From assembly GCF_001194135.2 (NCBI RefSeq), contig NC_068981.1, positions 553,248 through 616,852 on the forward strand: a DNA stretch of 63,605 bases, in the 5' to 3' direction. The translations under genes and the position numbers were made by a program. The stretch is from Octopus bimaculoides. Taxonomy: Eukaryota. Position 1 is the first letter of the stretch; each line of letters begins with the position of its first letter. Of the stretch, positions 38,365-51,774 are shown piece by piece. A model generated the notes under the pieces. That model ran no database searches and was not told the DNA's origin. It saw nothing but the letters and a program-made list of their open reading frames with translations.

Positions 38365-38500
38365 AATTTCCCCAAGACACCTGATGAAGGCTGGAGGGTA
38401 TGTCAGCTAAAAACGTTGTGTTAACAACAAACAAGATGAGGACAAATATCCATCAAATGTAAATAATGTAAATAATTCCTCATCTCTTAAATATAGAACT
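38365..38500 (+). mobile_element. Possible Penelope-like element terminal fragment
   Basis: cctgatgaaggc...aaacgttg motif resembles recalled PLE repeat ends; no coding sequence is present. Confidence 0.35.
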
Positions 38501-38537
38501 GTAATATCTACCACTGTTGTTTTATTTTTATTTCCAG

Positions 38538-38634
38538 TCTCTTGGATCTGGCCTGTCAAGATACTCATTTTTCTGTTCAACTTTGTGCATTGGTTGCGTT
38601 GAGGACATTGATTAAAAATGAAGAAATTAGAAAG
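38538..38634 (+). CDS. STK36: STK36-like exon 10 (LLDLACQDTHFSVQLCALVALRTLIKNEEIRK)
   Basis: tttccag acceptor, gtgtag donor; 97 nt, phase 2/0. Resembles recalled [24 protein letters not shown]. Confidence 0.92.
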
Positions 38635-39497
38635 GTGTAGTATATATATATGTTTATTATTTATTATATATATTTTTTTTTGGTTTTTGCTACTGTCCGA
38701 AATTAATTTTTTCTCAGAATATATATACCTTGTAGATTCCTTTCTAGTCTATAAAACATGGTTATCTCAGTGATTATAACATATTCTTTTTGGACACTAT
38801 TCAACTATAAATACTTGTATATTCTAAACTGAAAGAAAAGCATAGACAAATTTGTACTGCTGCAGATCCTGTGTGTTTTAGCTAATACACACTTGTCATA
38901 TTCTTGTTATCACTCACCTATATTATTATTAACAAGCCTCCCTTTATGTGTTCCGTCGCTGTTTAGTTAATGGCTTTTGTTTATCGTGACAATGTCAGTG
39001 AATGCTAGACCTGTCAGACACGAAGTAACATGAAGAGCTGTCTTTTGTAAAATAATGGAACTATGGAAATAACAAGCCAAACATTAAAGATGATAACTTC
39101 CTCAAAGTTGCTAAGGTCATTTCACTTTGGTCTTTGTAACGTTTGAGGGAACTGTATTGGTTCTTTCGGTGTCCTTTTCTTTACTTTAAATTACAAGCTA
39201 CACACGTCCATACGATTAGCTAGTCATTTTGAGGAGGAAGTGTAGATAAAGCAGAGGGAAGAATATATGAAAATGGATACTTCTTGGAGGATGATATTTT
39301 CTTTACTCTTTTACTTGTTTCAGTCATTTGACTGCGGCCATGCTGGAGCACTGCCTTTAGTCGAGCAAATTGACCCCAGGACTTATTCTCTGTAAGCCTA
39401 GTACTTATTCTATCAGTCTCTTTTGCCGAACCGCTAAGTTACGGGGATGTAAACACACCAGCATCGGTTGTCAAGCAATGTTGGGAGGACAAACAAA

Positions 39498-39537
<40 letters not shown>

Positions 39538-39762
39538 TATATACACACATACATACATACGACGGGCTTCTTCCAGTTTCCGTCTACCAAATCCACTCAC
39601 AAGGCTTTGGTCAGCCTGAGGCTATAGNNNNNNNNNNNNNNNNNNNNNNNNNNNNNNNNNNNNNNNNNNNNNNNNNNNNNNNNNNNNNNNNNNNNNNNNN
39701 NNNNNNNNNNNNNNNNNNNNNNNNNNNGTAAGCAAGCTACTTACCACACAACCACTCCTATG

Positions 39763-39797
<35 letters not shown>

Positions 39798-40899
39798 CCT
39801 GTGCCCAGCATCACCTTCCTGGCACTTGTACTGGATGGCACGTGTAAAGATATTCGAGCGAGATCGTTGCCAGTGCCGCCGAACTGGCTCCTGTGCAGGT
39901 GGCACGTAAAATACACTATTTTGAGCATGGCCATTGCCACTACTGCCTGACTGGCCATCATGCCGGTGGCACGTAAAGGCACCCACTACACTCTCAGAGT
40001 GGTTGGCGTTAGGAAGGGCATCCAACTGTAGAAACTCTGCCAAATTAGATTGGAGCCTGGTGCAGCCTTCTGGTTTCACCAGTCCTCAGTCAAATCGTGC
40101 AACCCATGCTAGCATGGAAAGCAGACGTTAAACGACGATGATGATGATGATATATCTATATATTTATAAAAACATACACAACGGGCTTGGCTTCTTTCAG
40201 TTTCTGCCTACCAAATCCACTCAAAAGGATTTTTGTTGGCCTGAAGCTATAATAGAAGACACTTGCCTAAGATTCCACACAGTAGGACTGAACCCAGAAC
40301 CACGTGGGTGGGAAGCAAGCTTTTTACCAAACAGCCAGGCCTCGTAACATATTCATTTACAAATTTCTGCATGTGTAGCTTAAATATGTGTGTTTACACA
40401 CGTTTCTCTCATATTGATTCGTTATGTTGTGAGTCAATATGATTCCCTCCATATTTATCCATTATGCATTATTATGGTATTTCTGTGTAGCTTCTTTCAA
40501 TTTTCAGATCATTGAGTCGGAAACAATAAACTTTATTATGAAAAAGTATTTTAAAATATTGATTATTTCCTTTTTAGGAAACAGACTATTAGCTATTTCT
40601 CTGTGATAAGCAATAAAATATTTTGTATTCATTTTGTATTTCTGTCTTTGCCGAGACATTTCGCGTTTGTCTTTATATCCATTTATTCCTCCTTCTCAGT
40701 CATCCACATGGATATATATGTAGATGTGTGTGTGGTGTATGTGTATATATATATATATGTATATGCACATGCACACATGCATATGTATGTATACACACTC
40801 ACACTATTGAACAACCAGGAGTAAGAAAGATATGGACATATAGAATGTATGTATAGTTGTGTGAGATGTGTTTGTCAGTCTGCTAGCAACAGGATTTAT

Positions 40900-40933
<34 letters not shown>

Positions 40934-43900
40934 TTGGTTCTTTAAATTTGCATTGAAAATATTTCCATCCATTCATGTTCTATTAAATATGAAACTATCC
41001 ACAAAATCATTTTGTTGAAAGCAAAACATCACTATTCAATAAAAGTCAGAATTTCAATCTTATCAATGAAAGAGCTTTGATATATTTCGGTCGTCTTCTT
41101 TGTACTCGCTAAGTACTTCAGTTCTGTTTTTTGTCATTTGAAATTAATTTCTGTTTCCAGTTATTGAATAACTATCTCTGAAACACTTTCAACTGTAGAA
41201 TATGCTTCTAATTTATATAATACACTTCTAATTATGTCATATACGTCCAGCCATAACTTTTCTGTTTTTCAAAAAAAAGTCTGAAAAATTCACGTTAGAT
41301 CCTATATGTGATGTTGGGTCTCTCATAAGCTTTTAACCCTTTAACATTTAAACCAGCCATATCCGGCCCAGATATTCTACCTAAAAATAACACAATCACA
41401 TGACGGAGGCAATGACAAACGACTGAGACCTTTGGCAACATGCTGTGCTTGAGAAGAAGAGCCACCAAGCCAAGTGTAATCATAGTCATGGCAGATACTG
41501 GTGGCATGCAAATGGCACTCGTGCCGGTGGCCCACAAAAGCACCCATTACACTTTCAGAGGGGTTGGCGTTAGGAAGGGCATCCAGCTGTAGAAAGCATG
41601 CCCGATCAGACCGGTGTCTGGTGAAGCCTCTCAACTTACTAACCCTTCTTCTACTATAGTCTCAGCCAGCCAAAGCCTCATGAGTGGATTTGGTAGACGG
41701 AAACTGAAAGAAGCCCGTCGTATATATGTGTATATATATATGTGTGTGTGTGTATGTATGTTTGTCCCCCCCAACATCGCTTGACAACTGATGCTGGTAT
41801 GTTTATGTCCCCGTAACTTAGCAGTTTGGCAAAAGAGACCAATAGAATAAGTACTAGGCTTACAAAGAATAAGTTCTGGGGTCGATTTGCTCGACTAAAG
41901 GTGGTGCTCCAGCATGGCCACAGTCAAATGACTGAAACAAGTAAAAGAGTAACGAGAGAGTATATACTAAGATCATTTTAATCAGCTATAGCGCTCCCTC
42001 CGAAATTTATTTTCAGAAGTCAGGAATATTTCAATTGAATATGTAATGAGATTAAGAAGTCTGAAAGTAATTCTAATGCAAGTAAAATTAATAGAAATAT
42101 GTTTAGAAAGGTCTGTTTTCCATGGTGGCATGGTATGGCTCGTTTGACAGGAGATGGCAAGCAAGAGAGCTGCATCAAGCTCTAATTATCCGTTTTTCAT
42201 GGTTTCTACAGTGTATTTTTTATGTGGTACCAACAGGTGTGTGTGTGTGTGTGTGTGTCAAATAAATAAATGTAGTTAAAAATGTACAGAGAGTAAATAA
42301 GACTTATTAATATTGATACACTTAACCGGTTTCACATTTGTTGGATTTTCAAAAGTGTAAGATTTGAAGAATGCAGAAACAATAGTTTGTGACACAGTTT
42401 CACATTCCTCAAAACTTTCACTTTTGGAAATCATAAAATTGTGAGACCAATTAATTGAATTAATTTTGATCTAAATAAATCTTCATATATACTTTCTATA
42501 CATTTTCAACATCATTTACGTTTTTTTCTATACTACTTAGTATGGTGTAGTAATGAGATTATATATATATATGAGTGATCCCCTTCAGCCACAAATGACC
42601 ATAGGGTTGCACCTAGAAAGTTACCTTCCGAGGTACAAGTCTGGGCAAGGTTGTTTATGGAAGACCAGCAGTCGCCCATGCATACCAGCCTCCCCTCTCC
42701 AAGCCACCGATGTTATCCAAGGGAAAGGCAAAAGGACCGATACAGCTTGGCCCCAGTGACGTTGCAGCTTATTTCTACAGCTGAGTGAACTGGAGCTGTT
42801 TCTCCATAGATTGAACAAATTATGAAGAATCTTAGATTCTCACCAAAGGCATCAGCATCACTTTGACCAGTCCTAGAGAAGCAAACTGGCAATCTGTTTA
42901 TATACTCAATGATTTCAGTAGCTAAAAGAAATATAAATATATTGGGAAATAACATGAAGTAGCGAACTATTGGCATCAATGTAGTTATCTGTTTGATGAA
43001 ATGAAAAACTAAGATAATTAACAGTTGTTGACTGAACTATTTTATCAGTAAAAAGAAAACTTGAGATGTTTCAGATAATTATTTTTGTTCCGTAAGAAAC
43101 TTCATATCTAGTTGATGAGATCAGATTTAACTGTGTGTAATGGGGTAATGTATTAGAAACACACTTTAAGTTATAATATTGTTGTCAGGCAACAACCTCG
43201 TACATTTTGAGTAGAACTCATTTGTCATTCATGGGAAGTGTAGCTATTTTATGGACATGTCTAAAGTTACATCGTTTAGATGGTTTTATGAATTCACCTC
43301 CCAAGTGAAATCGTAGTCATGGTCGATGCTGGTGTCACATAACTGGCATCCGTGCCAGTGGCATGTAAAGAGCAATAACCACGCCTCAAATAATCCTCAT
43401 TTATATTCTGATCCCCAGCATTTTGCCACCATCTCTATCCTGCTGTCTCCCACTCTCTCATTCCTTCTCCTGCACTTCCCTTAGGTTGGGTAACCATGTA
43501 TTTCCTTTGCAGCAGTGCACCTGTTTCTGTCTTCATTCCTGATCTCTCTCTCTCTCTCTCTCTCTTTATCTATCTATCTATCTATCTATCTCCAGCCAGG
43601 TAAACTTGTGCCTTCTCTACAGCAACACACCTGTTACTATCTCTCTGTCTCACTATAACCTTTAATCATCTGACACAAGATGACCTCCTCAAATGCTCTC
43701 TCCTCTCACAAAAGTTAGTGCAGGTGCCACCTAAAAGCACCCAGTCCACACTATAAAGTGGTTGGCATTTGGAACGGTATCCAGCTGTAAAAACCTTGCC
43801 AAAACTAACCTTGCCTGTGCTTGTGCCACATAAAAAGCACTAAGTCCACTCTGGTGAGTGGTTAATGTTAGGAAGGGCATCCAGCTGTAAAATTCCTACC

Positions 43901-44875
43901 AAAACAGTTATAGAAGTCATATTTCTGTTTGCCATGCTGGCATGGGTTGGATGGGCTGACAAGGCTAGGAGTCACACCAGGTTCCATGGTTTGTTTTGGC
44001 ATAGTTTCTATGGCTGGACGCTCTTCCTATCACCAACCACTCTACAGAGTGTACTGGATGTTTTTTTACATGGCACCATCATGTAAAAAGCACTGATACC
44101 ACATAAAAAGCATCCAGAACACTCTGTAAAGTGATTGGCACAGAGAAATTACATGCAATGATAGAAATATTGTAAAGTGGACTTTAAAAAGAAGCATAAA
44201 AATATATATATTTCTGTGTTAATATAATGTTGTTGTCTTAACAGCTTTTACATTGACAACTTTTGTTAGTACCATTCATCATCATCGTCGTTTAACGTCC
44301 GCTTTCCATGCTAGCATGGGTTGGACGATTTTACTGAGGACTGGCGAACCAGATGGCTACACCAGGCTCCAATCTGATTTCTCAGAGTTTCTACAGCTGG
44401 ATGCCCTTCCTAATGCCAACCACTCAGAGAGTGTAGTGGGTGCTTTTACATGCCACCGGCATGAAGGCCAGTCAGGTGGTGCTGGCAACGGCCACACTCA
44501 AAATGGTGTATTTTACATGCCACCTACACGGGAGCCGCGGCACTGGCAGCGATCTTGCTCGAATATTTTTTTCAGGTGTCACCGACACAAGTTCCAGTAA
44601 GACACTGGTAACGATCACGCTTGAATAGTACTATTTACATGCCACTGGCACAGAAGCCAGACAGCTGCTCTGGCAATGACCCCACTCGGACGGTGCTCCA
44701 CTGGTACAGGTGCCATTGTTCTATATTATCCATCTTATGATAATTTCTTTATTCATATATCTCTTGTTATCAATTACAACTTCCATGATCAATAATAATC
44801 CAATTTACTATTGTTATTAATTATTTTGCTGTTTGCTAATGTGAATAAATTTCAGTTCCCATCTGTTGTTTTTAG

Positions 44876-45061
44876 GCTGTGGTGTTATACAATGGCTCCA
44901 GCTTATTGTCAAGATTGATGGAGACTATGTCACCTTTGCCAGCATCTCACCCTGTGGATATTGAGAAGATAGAGATATCTTTGGAACCTTCACCTCGAGA
45001 CAGAACAGTAAATGGAATGGTTAATCACTGCAACAAGTTATTAGAAGTTCTAAAAACTTAG
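44876..45061 (+). CDS. STK36: STK36-like terminal coding exon (AVVLYNG...SPRDRTVNGMVNHCNKLLEVLKT*)
   Basis: ttttag acceptor, phase 0, TAG at 45059-45061. HCNKLLEVL resembles recalled HCRKLIHLL. The 11 exons total 1422 nt = 473 aa plus stop. Confidence 0.9.
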   Translation, partial: AVVLYNGSSLLSRLMETMSPLPASHPVDIEKIEISLEPSPRDRTVNGMVNHCNKLLEVLKT

Positions 45062-45120
45062 CATTGACATCTAGCAATGCTGCAAATTGTTTTACATGTC
45101 GTTCACTTAATTCAGCTTAA

Positions 45121-45295
45121 CCCTTTTGATACCAACCTCTCTCAGACTCCCCACTTGTGATTAACTTCTCGTTTTAAAGTGATCTACATTGAAACTTTTC
45201 CACTAAAAATTTCATGTTAATTTATGCTCCAAATTCTAGCTTAATAACGATAAAGTTATTTACTAAATTCTTCATTATTTTCAAAAATTTGTTTC
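45121..45295 (-). mobile_element. TTAA/CCCTTT-ended (piggyBac-like) MITE fragment in the STK36 3' UTR
   Basis: ttaa-cccttttgataccaacc; reverse-complement similarity to the copies at 49302-49765. Confidence 0.65.
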
Positions 45296-45910
45296 AATAT
45301 GTTTCATGAGAAATATTGTATCAAAAGTGTTAAAATTCTGATTGATAACATTGACACATATTACCACAGAAATAAGTTGAAAGCTGATAAACCAAAAATA
45401 ATCATATTAAAGGTCCGAACCATTCTGTTGCTAAAATATGCTTATTAATGGTACATTTTCCAAAATATTTGAATTATTTAATGCCAGAAGACGCTAGTAT
45501 TTCTCAAAAGATATGGAAATAATTTGCAGCAAAGTCATATAGCAACCTACTGTGTATATTTATGTACATATTTAAACAAAAAATAGCCTTTTGGCAAAGA
45601 TCAAAGTTGTTGAAATGTATGTAAGCTAAAAATATGAAATACATTTGTTTATAACTCATTTGTGTATATATATATATATATATTCATTTTAGCATTTGTA
45701 TATATATATGTGTCCATTTATATACTTATAACTTATTTTCTTTTGAACAGAGCATAAATTTTCTTAGCTCACATCTTGTAGCTGTTCTGTCTTTATTTTC
45801 ATTAATATTATTTGACAGAACATTTTGAAATCTATTTCATATGTATTCCATTTTATTTATGTTATGAATATTTTTGACGATGCTGTATTATATCTGCATA
45901 ATTATATTAT

Positions 45911-45916
45911 AATAAA
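45911..45916 (+). terminator. Candidate polyadenylation signal of the STK36-like gene
   Basis: AATAAA about 850 nt after the stop in AT-rich, UTR-like sequence; no transcript evidence. Confidence 0.35.
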
Positions 45917-46140
45917 TGATATGATGTAGAAACTTTAAATGAAAGTGAAGTACTCAACATACACAGCAGAGTTTATATAATTATTCATAATTGTAAACTG
46001 AGAAATTTCATGCTGCATTTTTTTATGAGAGTACATCAGATGACTTCTCAAAGATAAAAATGGCTGAGAGATTTATTCTGGATTTCTGATTACATGATTA
46101 AAACATCTGGTATTGGTAAACAAATAGCAATACTATATAA

Positions 46141-46469
46141 CAGTGGTTCTCAACCAGGGTCCATATAACATTTTGGGATCCAAGCAATGAGATAGTAAAT
46201 TAGGGGCCCACGATAGTATTTTAAGGGGCCCCTGAAAAAATTTTACTTTAGATGTATGTATTGGTATGTATTGCAAGAAACAGCTGAGGTTTTTTTCTCT
46301 AACATTTCACATAGTTCAACCTACACAAGTGAATGTGTGAAAAACAAAATAGGAATTTCGAAAAAAGTTTCTATAAAACTAGCTTTTAAACATTGAATGG
46401 CTATGGGGATCCACCAGAATAAAATAGTAATCAAAGGGCTTCACAAGTTAAAATGGCTGAGAACCCTTG
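46141..46469. mobile_element. hAT-type MITE, same family as 25075 (further decayed copies near 14755-15005 and 23547)
   Basis: CAGTGGTTCTCAACC left end, ggctgagaacccttg right end; shared internal tggctatggg..ccaccagaataaaatagtaatcaaaggg; flanks ctatataa/ctatagat. Confidence 0.8.
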
Positions 46470-48608
46470 CTATAGATTAAATAGTCATGCTGTGGGCAAA
46501 CCAACCTCATTAGCGCTGATGCATCTAGTATGCAATGCATCCAGGACACTCTGTAAAATGGTTGCTGAGCAAATAGAGACCCTAAAGAGGACTCTTTAGT
46601 CTTGCTATAGACAAGGCTGCATTGTAGTGTTGGTGCAATGGCAAAACACAGTATACATTGTAAAAAGGTGGCAAAGGAATAGAAATAATAGAGGGGAGAG
46701 AAGGGTGGTGAGCCGGCAGATGAAATGCTTAGCGACATTTCATCTGTTGTTACGTTCTGAGTTCAAATTCCGCTGAGGTCAACTTTGCCTTTCATCCTTT
46801 CAGGGTCAATTAAATGAGTACCAGTTATGCACTGGGATCGATGTAATTGACTTAATCCCTTTGTTTGTTCTTGTTTGTCCCCTCTAATGTTTAGCCCCCT
46901 GTGGGCAATAAAGAAATATATATAGGGGAGAGACTACTCTTTTGTGTTGCTGAGTATATGACAACCTATCTAATAGAGGTGCTCTGATAAAAATATACTC
47001 ACTAAACTTTGTAAAGTGGAGGGAGATAAACAGCTGATACGATCAATGGAACAGCTTGCTCATGAAATTAACGTGCAAGTGGCTGAGCACTCCACAGACA
47101 TGTGTGCCCTTAATGCAGTTCTTGGGGGAGATTCAGCATGACGCAGAGTGTGACAAGGCTGGCCCTTTGAAATACAGATACTACTCATTTTTGCCAGCTG
47201 AGTGGACTGGAGCAATGTGAAATAAAGTGTCTTGCTCAAGGGCACAACGCATCACCGAGAATTGAACTCGCAACTTTATGACCATGAGCCAAATGCCCCT
47301 AACCACTAAGCGACATGCCTTCACATATACGTATATATATTAAAAGGATGTGTTATAATACTATTCCACAGTCATACCAACAATCCAATAATACTAATCC
47401 ACATATACAAAAACAGCCATACCAACAATCCAAGATACCTCCATCATCAGCTGCCTTACAGATATCATTATGGTTTTGACACCTGGGCAGTACCATTCAA
47501 TCCGGCTGTGTCAACAGCACTAAAATAAGTGTTGTTTGGGAACAAACCAAAGAAACCACAACTTTCAAACATTTACTCAATGTACAACCGTATCAATAAA
47601 TAAATTCCATGAGTAAAAAAATTCCATAAGTGTATATATAGCACAGAATTTTGTCTTGAACAGGTTGTGATCTCATAGCGACGAAAATATTTTGGCAAAT
47701 TAAATTTAAATGTTGAAGTGAATCTAACGGTTTTTGTGTGCTTCTTAAATGGCTTATAAACACCTACCATGCTGCAGTTGTTTTCGTTCCAGCACATGAT
47801 CTCAGATTAGGTCACTTGCTATGCAAGTACATCTCCGTAATATATATATATATATATATATCATCATCATCATCATCATCATCGTTTAACGTCCGCTTTC
47901 CATGCTATCATGGGTTGGACGATTTGACTGAGGACTGATGCAACCGGATGGCTACACCAGGCTCCAATCTAATTTGGCAGAGTTTCTACAGCTGGATGCC
48001 CTTCCTAACGCCAACCACTCAGAGAGTGTAGTGGGTGCTTTTACGTGTCACCCGCACGAAAACGGCCACGCTCGAAATGGTGTCTTTTATGTGCCACCCG
48101 CACAAGAGCCAGTCCAGGGGCACTGGCAACGATCTCGCTCGAAAACCCTACAAGGCCAGTCAGGCGGTACTGGCAACGGTCACGCTCAGGATGGTACATC
48201 GTTGCCAGTACCGCCTGATATATATAGTTGTTTGAACAGGAACACGAAAGCCAGTTACAACTGACAAAGCTTCATCTTCTACTAATAATATACCCTAGAT
48301 ATTTAAAGCTTTTTATGTTGTGCCCACATTTAAGAAGTGTGAATTAACAAGTAGTTTCTTTTCTTGAAATGTATTATTGTTTCATTTCACGATAATAATC
48401 AGCTTGCTGAAAAACTAAGCCAATATTTTTCTTTTCAATTCTCCGTTAGTAAACAAGCATTTTCACCAATAATAATAATAATAATCTTCATTGTTTGAAA
48501 TGCTTTTTTTTTATATCTCACCCAGTCTCATTCAGACAAACTTTTGCTATTTTTAGAAAGCCATTATTGATATTTTATCATCGAAAGTGATAGGAATAGT
48601 TGAAAAAA

Positions 48609-48651
<43 letters not shown>

Positions 48652-49301
48652 TAATATCAACAATGTGTAGGTTTGGATCTAAACAACATTGTAGCTTTTA
48701 GTAACAATTGTTTTTCTTTTTTCCCATGTGAAGGATAACTACTATAATTTTGTTTCCATGAGAAGCAATTTAATAGCACTTTTTGCATAGTAATAGCAGC
48801 GTTGCTTCATTGAGAAATTACCTGACCTAGAAGAAGAAAAGGCTTATTCAATGCCAGCTTATAATTTAGATTTCAGCTTTCTCAAACTGAGTACCTCTTA
48901 TTGAGATCAGCTGAATGTACTGTGAAAATTTCCCCTCCTTTTAGAGAAGCTAGCTTTACAAACAGAAAAGGAAATTTGTAAAGAATGAAGAAAATTCTTT
49001 AAAAAACTAGAAAAACAGCAATGCATGTGTTGTTGGGTTAAAAGATTAGCGTAAATAAATAGTTTGTGGTTGTCGAAAATATTTAGATGCTATCTGGCGT
49101 GTGTGAAATAAAGAGACTGTTTACGAAACATCATGTATGCTGAACTGGTGTTACATTTTTTAATGTAGAATATATGCAGCCATCATTTAAAAATTCTGGT
49201 TGTTCACAAAAATGAGTTGATCATAATGCTGAAAGCTGAAGAATTATAAGAAAGGATATCATTGAAAATGATTCCATTCAGTCAAAAGATTTCTGCGACC
49301 A

Positions 49302-49765
49302 TTACGGTATTTATTTTGAGATGCTCTGTTTCTTTCAATTAATTTTAAACATAACAAAGAATTTAGTAAAATAACTTAGTTATCATTAAACTAGTGTTAG
49401 GAACATAAATTGTGACTAAGGTTTGGAAGAAGATTTTAATTCAGAACTTATGAAATCAAGACATTTGTACTCAGAGCCAGAGGTGGTTTCAGCTGGGTTG
49501 GTATCGAAAGGGTTAAGAATTGTTTCTTTATTATATATTCTAACCCTTTCGTTACTGTATTTATTTTGAGATGCTCTGCATTTCTTTCAATTACTTTAAA
49601 TATAACAAAGAATTATTAAAATAACTTAGTTATCATTAAGCTAGTGTTAGGAACATAAATCGTGATTAAGGTTTAGTGGAAGATTTTAATTCAAAACTTA
49701 TGAAAACAAGACATTTGTACTACAGAGCCAGAACTGGTTTCAGCCAGGTTGGTAACAAAAGGGTT
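49302..49765 (+). mobile_element. Two tandem copies of a piggyBac-like MITE (49302-49512, 5'-damaged; 49544-49765, complete)
   Basis: CCCTTTCGTTAC ... GTAACAAAAGGG-TTAA; the two ~215-nt bodies are clearly homologous. Confidence 0.8.
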
Positions 49766-51719
49766 AATGTGGAATCTATTGATCCTGCTGATACACATAC
49801 CAAACAGACATATTTTATCTATTACTTGCTTCAGTCATTGGACTACGGCCAAGCTGGGGCACTGCTTTGAAGGGTTTAGTTGAACAAATCAACACCAGTT
49901 CCTGTTTCAGTCCAGTACTTATTCTATCAGACTCTTTTATCCATACCACTAAGTTACTGGGATGCAAACAAACCAACACCAGCTGTCAAGTAGTGGGCGC
50001 GAATACACACAAAATAAATTATATATTTAATTAGAACATCACAGCAAAGAATCACAAGATGGATTCTTCAATCCAAGTCAAATAGGAACCCTAGGGGTAG
50101 AACAAGATTGTTGGATGATGTACATAGTCTCAGCTGATTGTGTTTGGGAACCCAGCCCCAAAATCTCATGATGGTTGCTTCTGATAGGACCCAATGGAGG
50201 CGATGAGGACATTCTTTTCTCTACTCTAGGCCTGAAATTTTTGGGGAGGGGGCCAGTTGATTAGATCAACCCCAGTATACAACTGGTACTTAATTTATCG
50301 ACTCCGAAAGGATGAAAGGTAAAGTCAACCTTGGCAGAATTTGAACTCAAAATGTAAAGACAGACGAAATACCACTAAGCATTTCGCCTGATGTGCTAAC
50401 GTTTCTTATTTCTTTATTGCCCACAAGGGGCTAAACATAGAGGGGACAAACAAGGACAGACAAATGGATTAAGTCGATTACATCGACCCCAGTGCATAAC
50501 TGGTACTTAATTTATCGACCCCGAAAGGATGAAAAGTAAAGTCAACCTCGGCGGAATTTGAACTCAGAACATAAAGACAGACGAAATACCGCTAAGCATT
50601 TCGCCTGATGTGCTAAAGTTTCTGCTAGCTTGCAGCCTTTCTCCCAGGAATAGTGGGTGGAGAAGATGATGGATGGATATATATGTTTTACAACAGGCTT
50701 CTTTCAGTTTCCATTTACCAAATCAACTCACAAGGTTTTGGTCACCCTGAGGCTACAGTAGAAAACATTTGCCCAAACGTGCCATGCAGTGGGACTGAAC
50801 CCAGAACCATGTGTTTGGGAAGCAAACTTCTCACCACACAAGCATGCCTGCACCTAAAAGTCATGCTTGTGCTGAACTAATGCTACATTTTCAGACTTTA
50901 GAACATTTGTAGATATCGTTTAAAACGGTTGTTCATAAAAACAAGCTGATTGTAATGTTCAAAGTTGAAGAATTATAAGAAAGGATGTCACTGAAAATAA
51001 TTCCATTCCGTCAAGAGATTTATGTAGTGTGTTAATGGAGAGTAAAGCCTATTGATCCTGCTTAACACATGTACCAATGTGACATATTTATATAATGCAG
51101 CAAATATGCAGTAGAACTTATACATTTTTAAAATCACATTTTGTGCTTCTATGAAATTACGCAAAAATATGATTTTGAATGCATAACAGCTATATTGCTA
51201 AATCTGTTGTCCTCAGATCATCAATAAATGCTGATGACATAGTGAAACTGTAGGAGATAGAGAGAATATTTTACATTAAAATCCACTGATTATAGGAAAT
51301 ATATGAATCATTTTTTTTTTTCACAGACGATCTTCCAATCAAAGCAAGGAAGCTATGTTTCTGTTAGTTTTTCAATTGTTGATACTCTCTGTTGGTTGCA
51401 ACTCCTGATAGAAGTGTCACTGATTTCCATTTTCAATGATAGCAGGTAGGATTTGAACTTAGAATTGGCAGTACTGGAACAGAAACTGAAAGACTTCCTC
51501 CCTGATATTTGAACCATTTTACCAATCCACAATTACAGGCGTAGGAGTGCTGGGTGGTAAGTAGCTTGCTTATGAACCACATGGTTCTGGGTTCAGTCCC
51601 ACTGCATGGCACCTTGGGCAAGTGTCTTCTACTATAGCCTTAAGCCGACCAAAGCCTTGTGAGTGGATTTAGTAGACGGAAACTGAAAGAAGCCTGTTGT
51701 ATATATGTATGTATGTATG

Positions 51720-51774
<55 letters not shown>

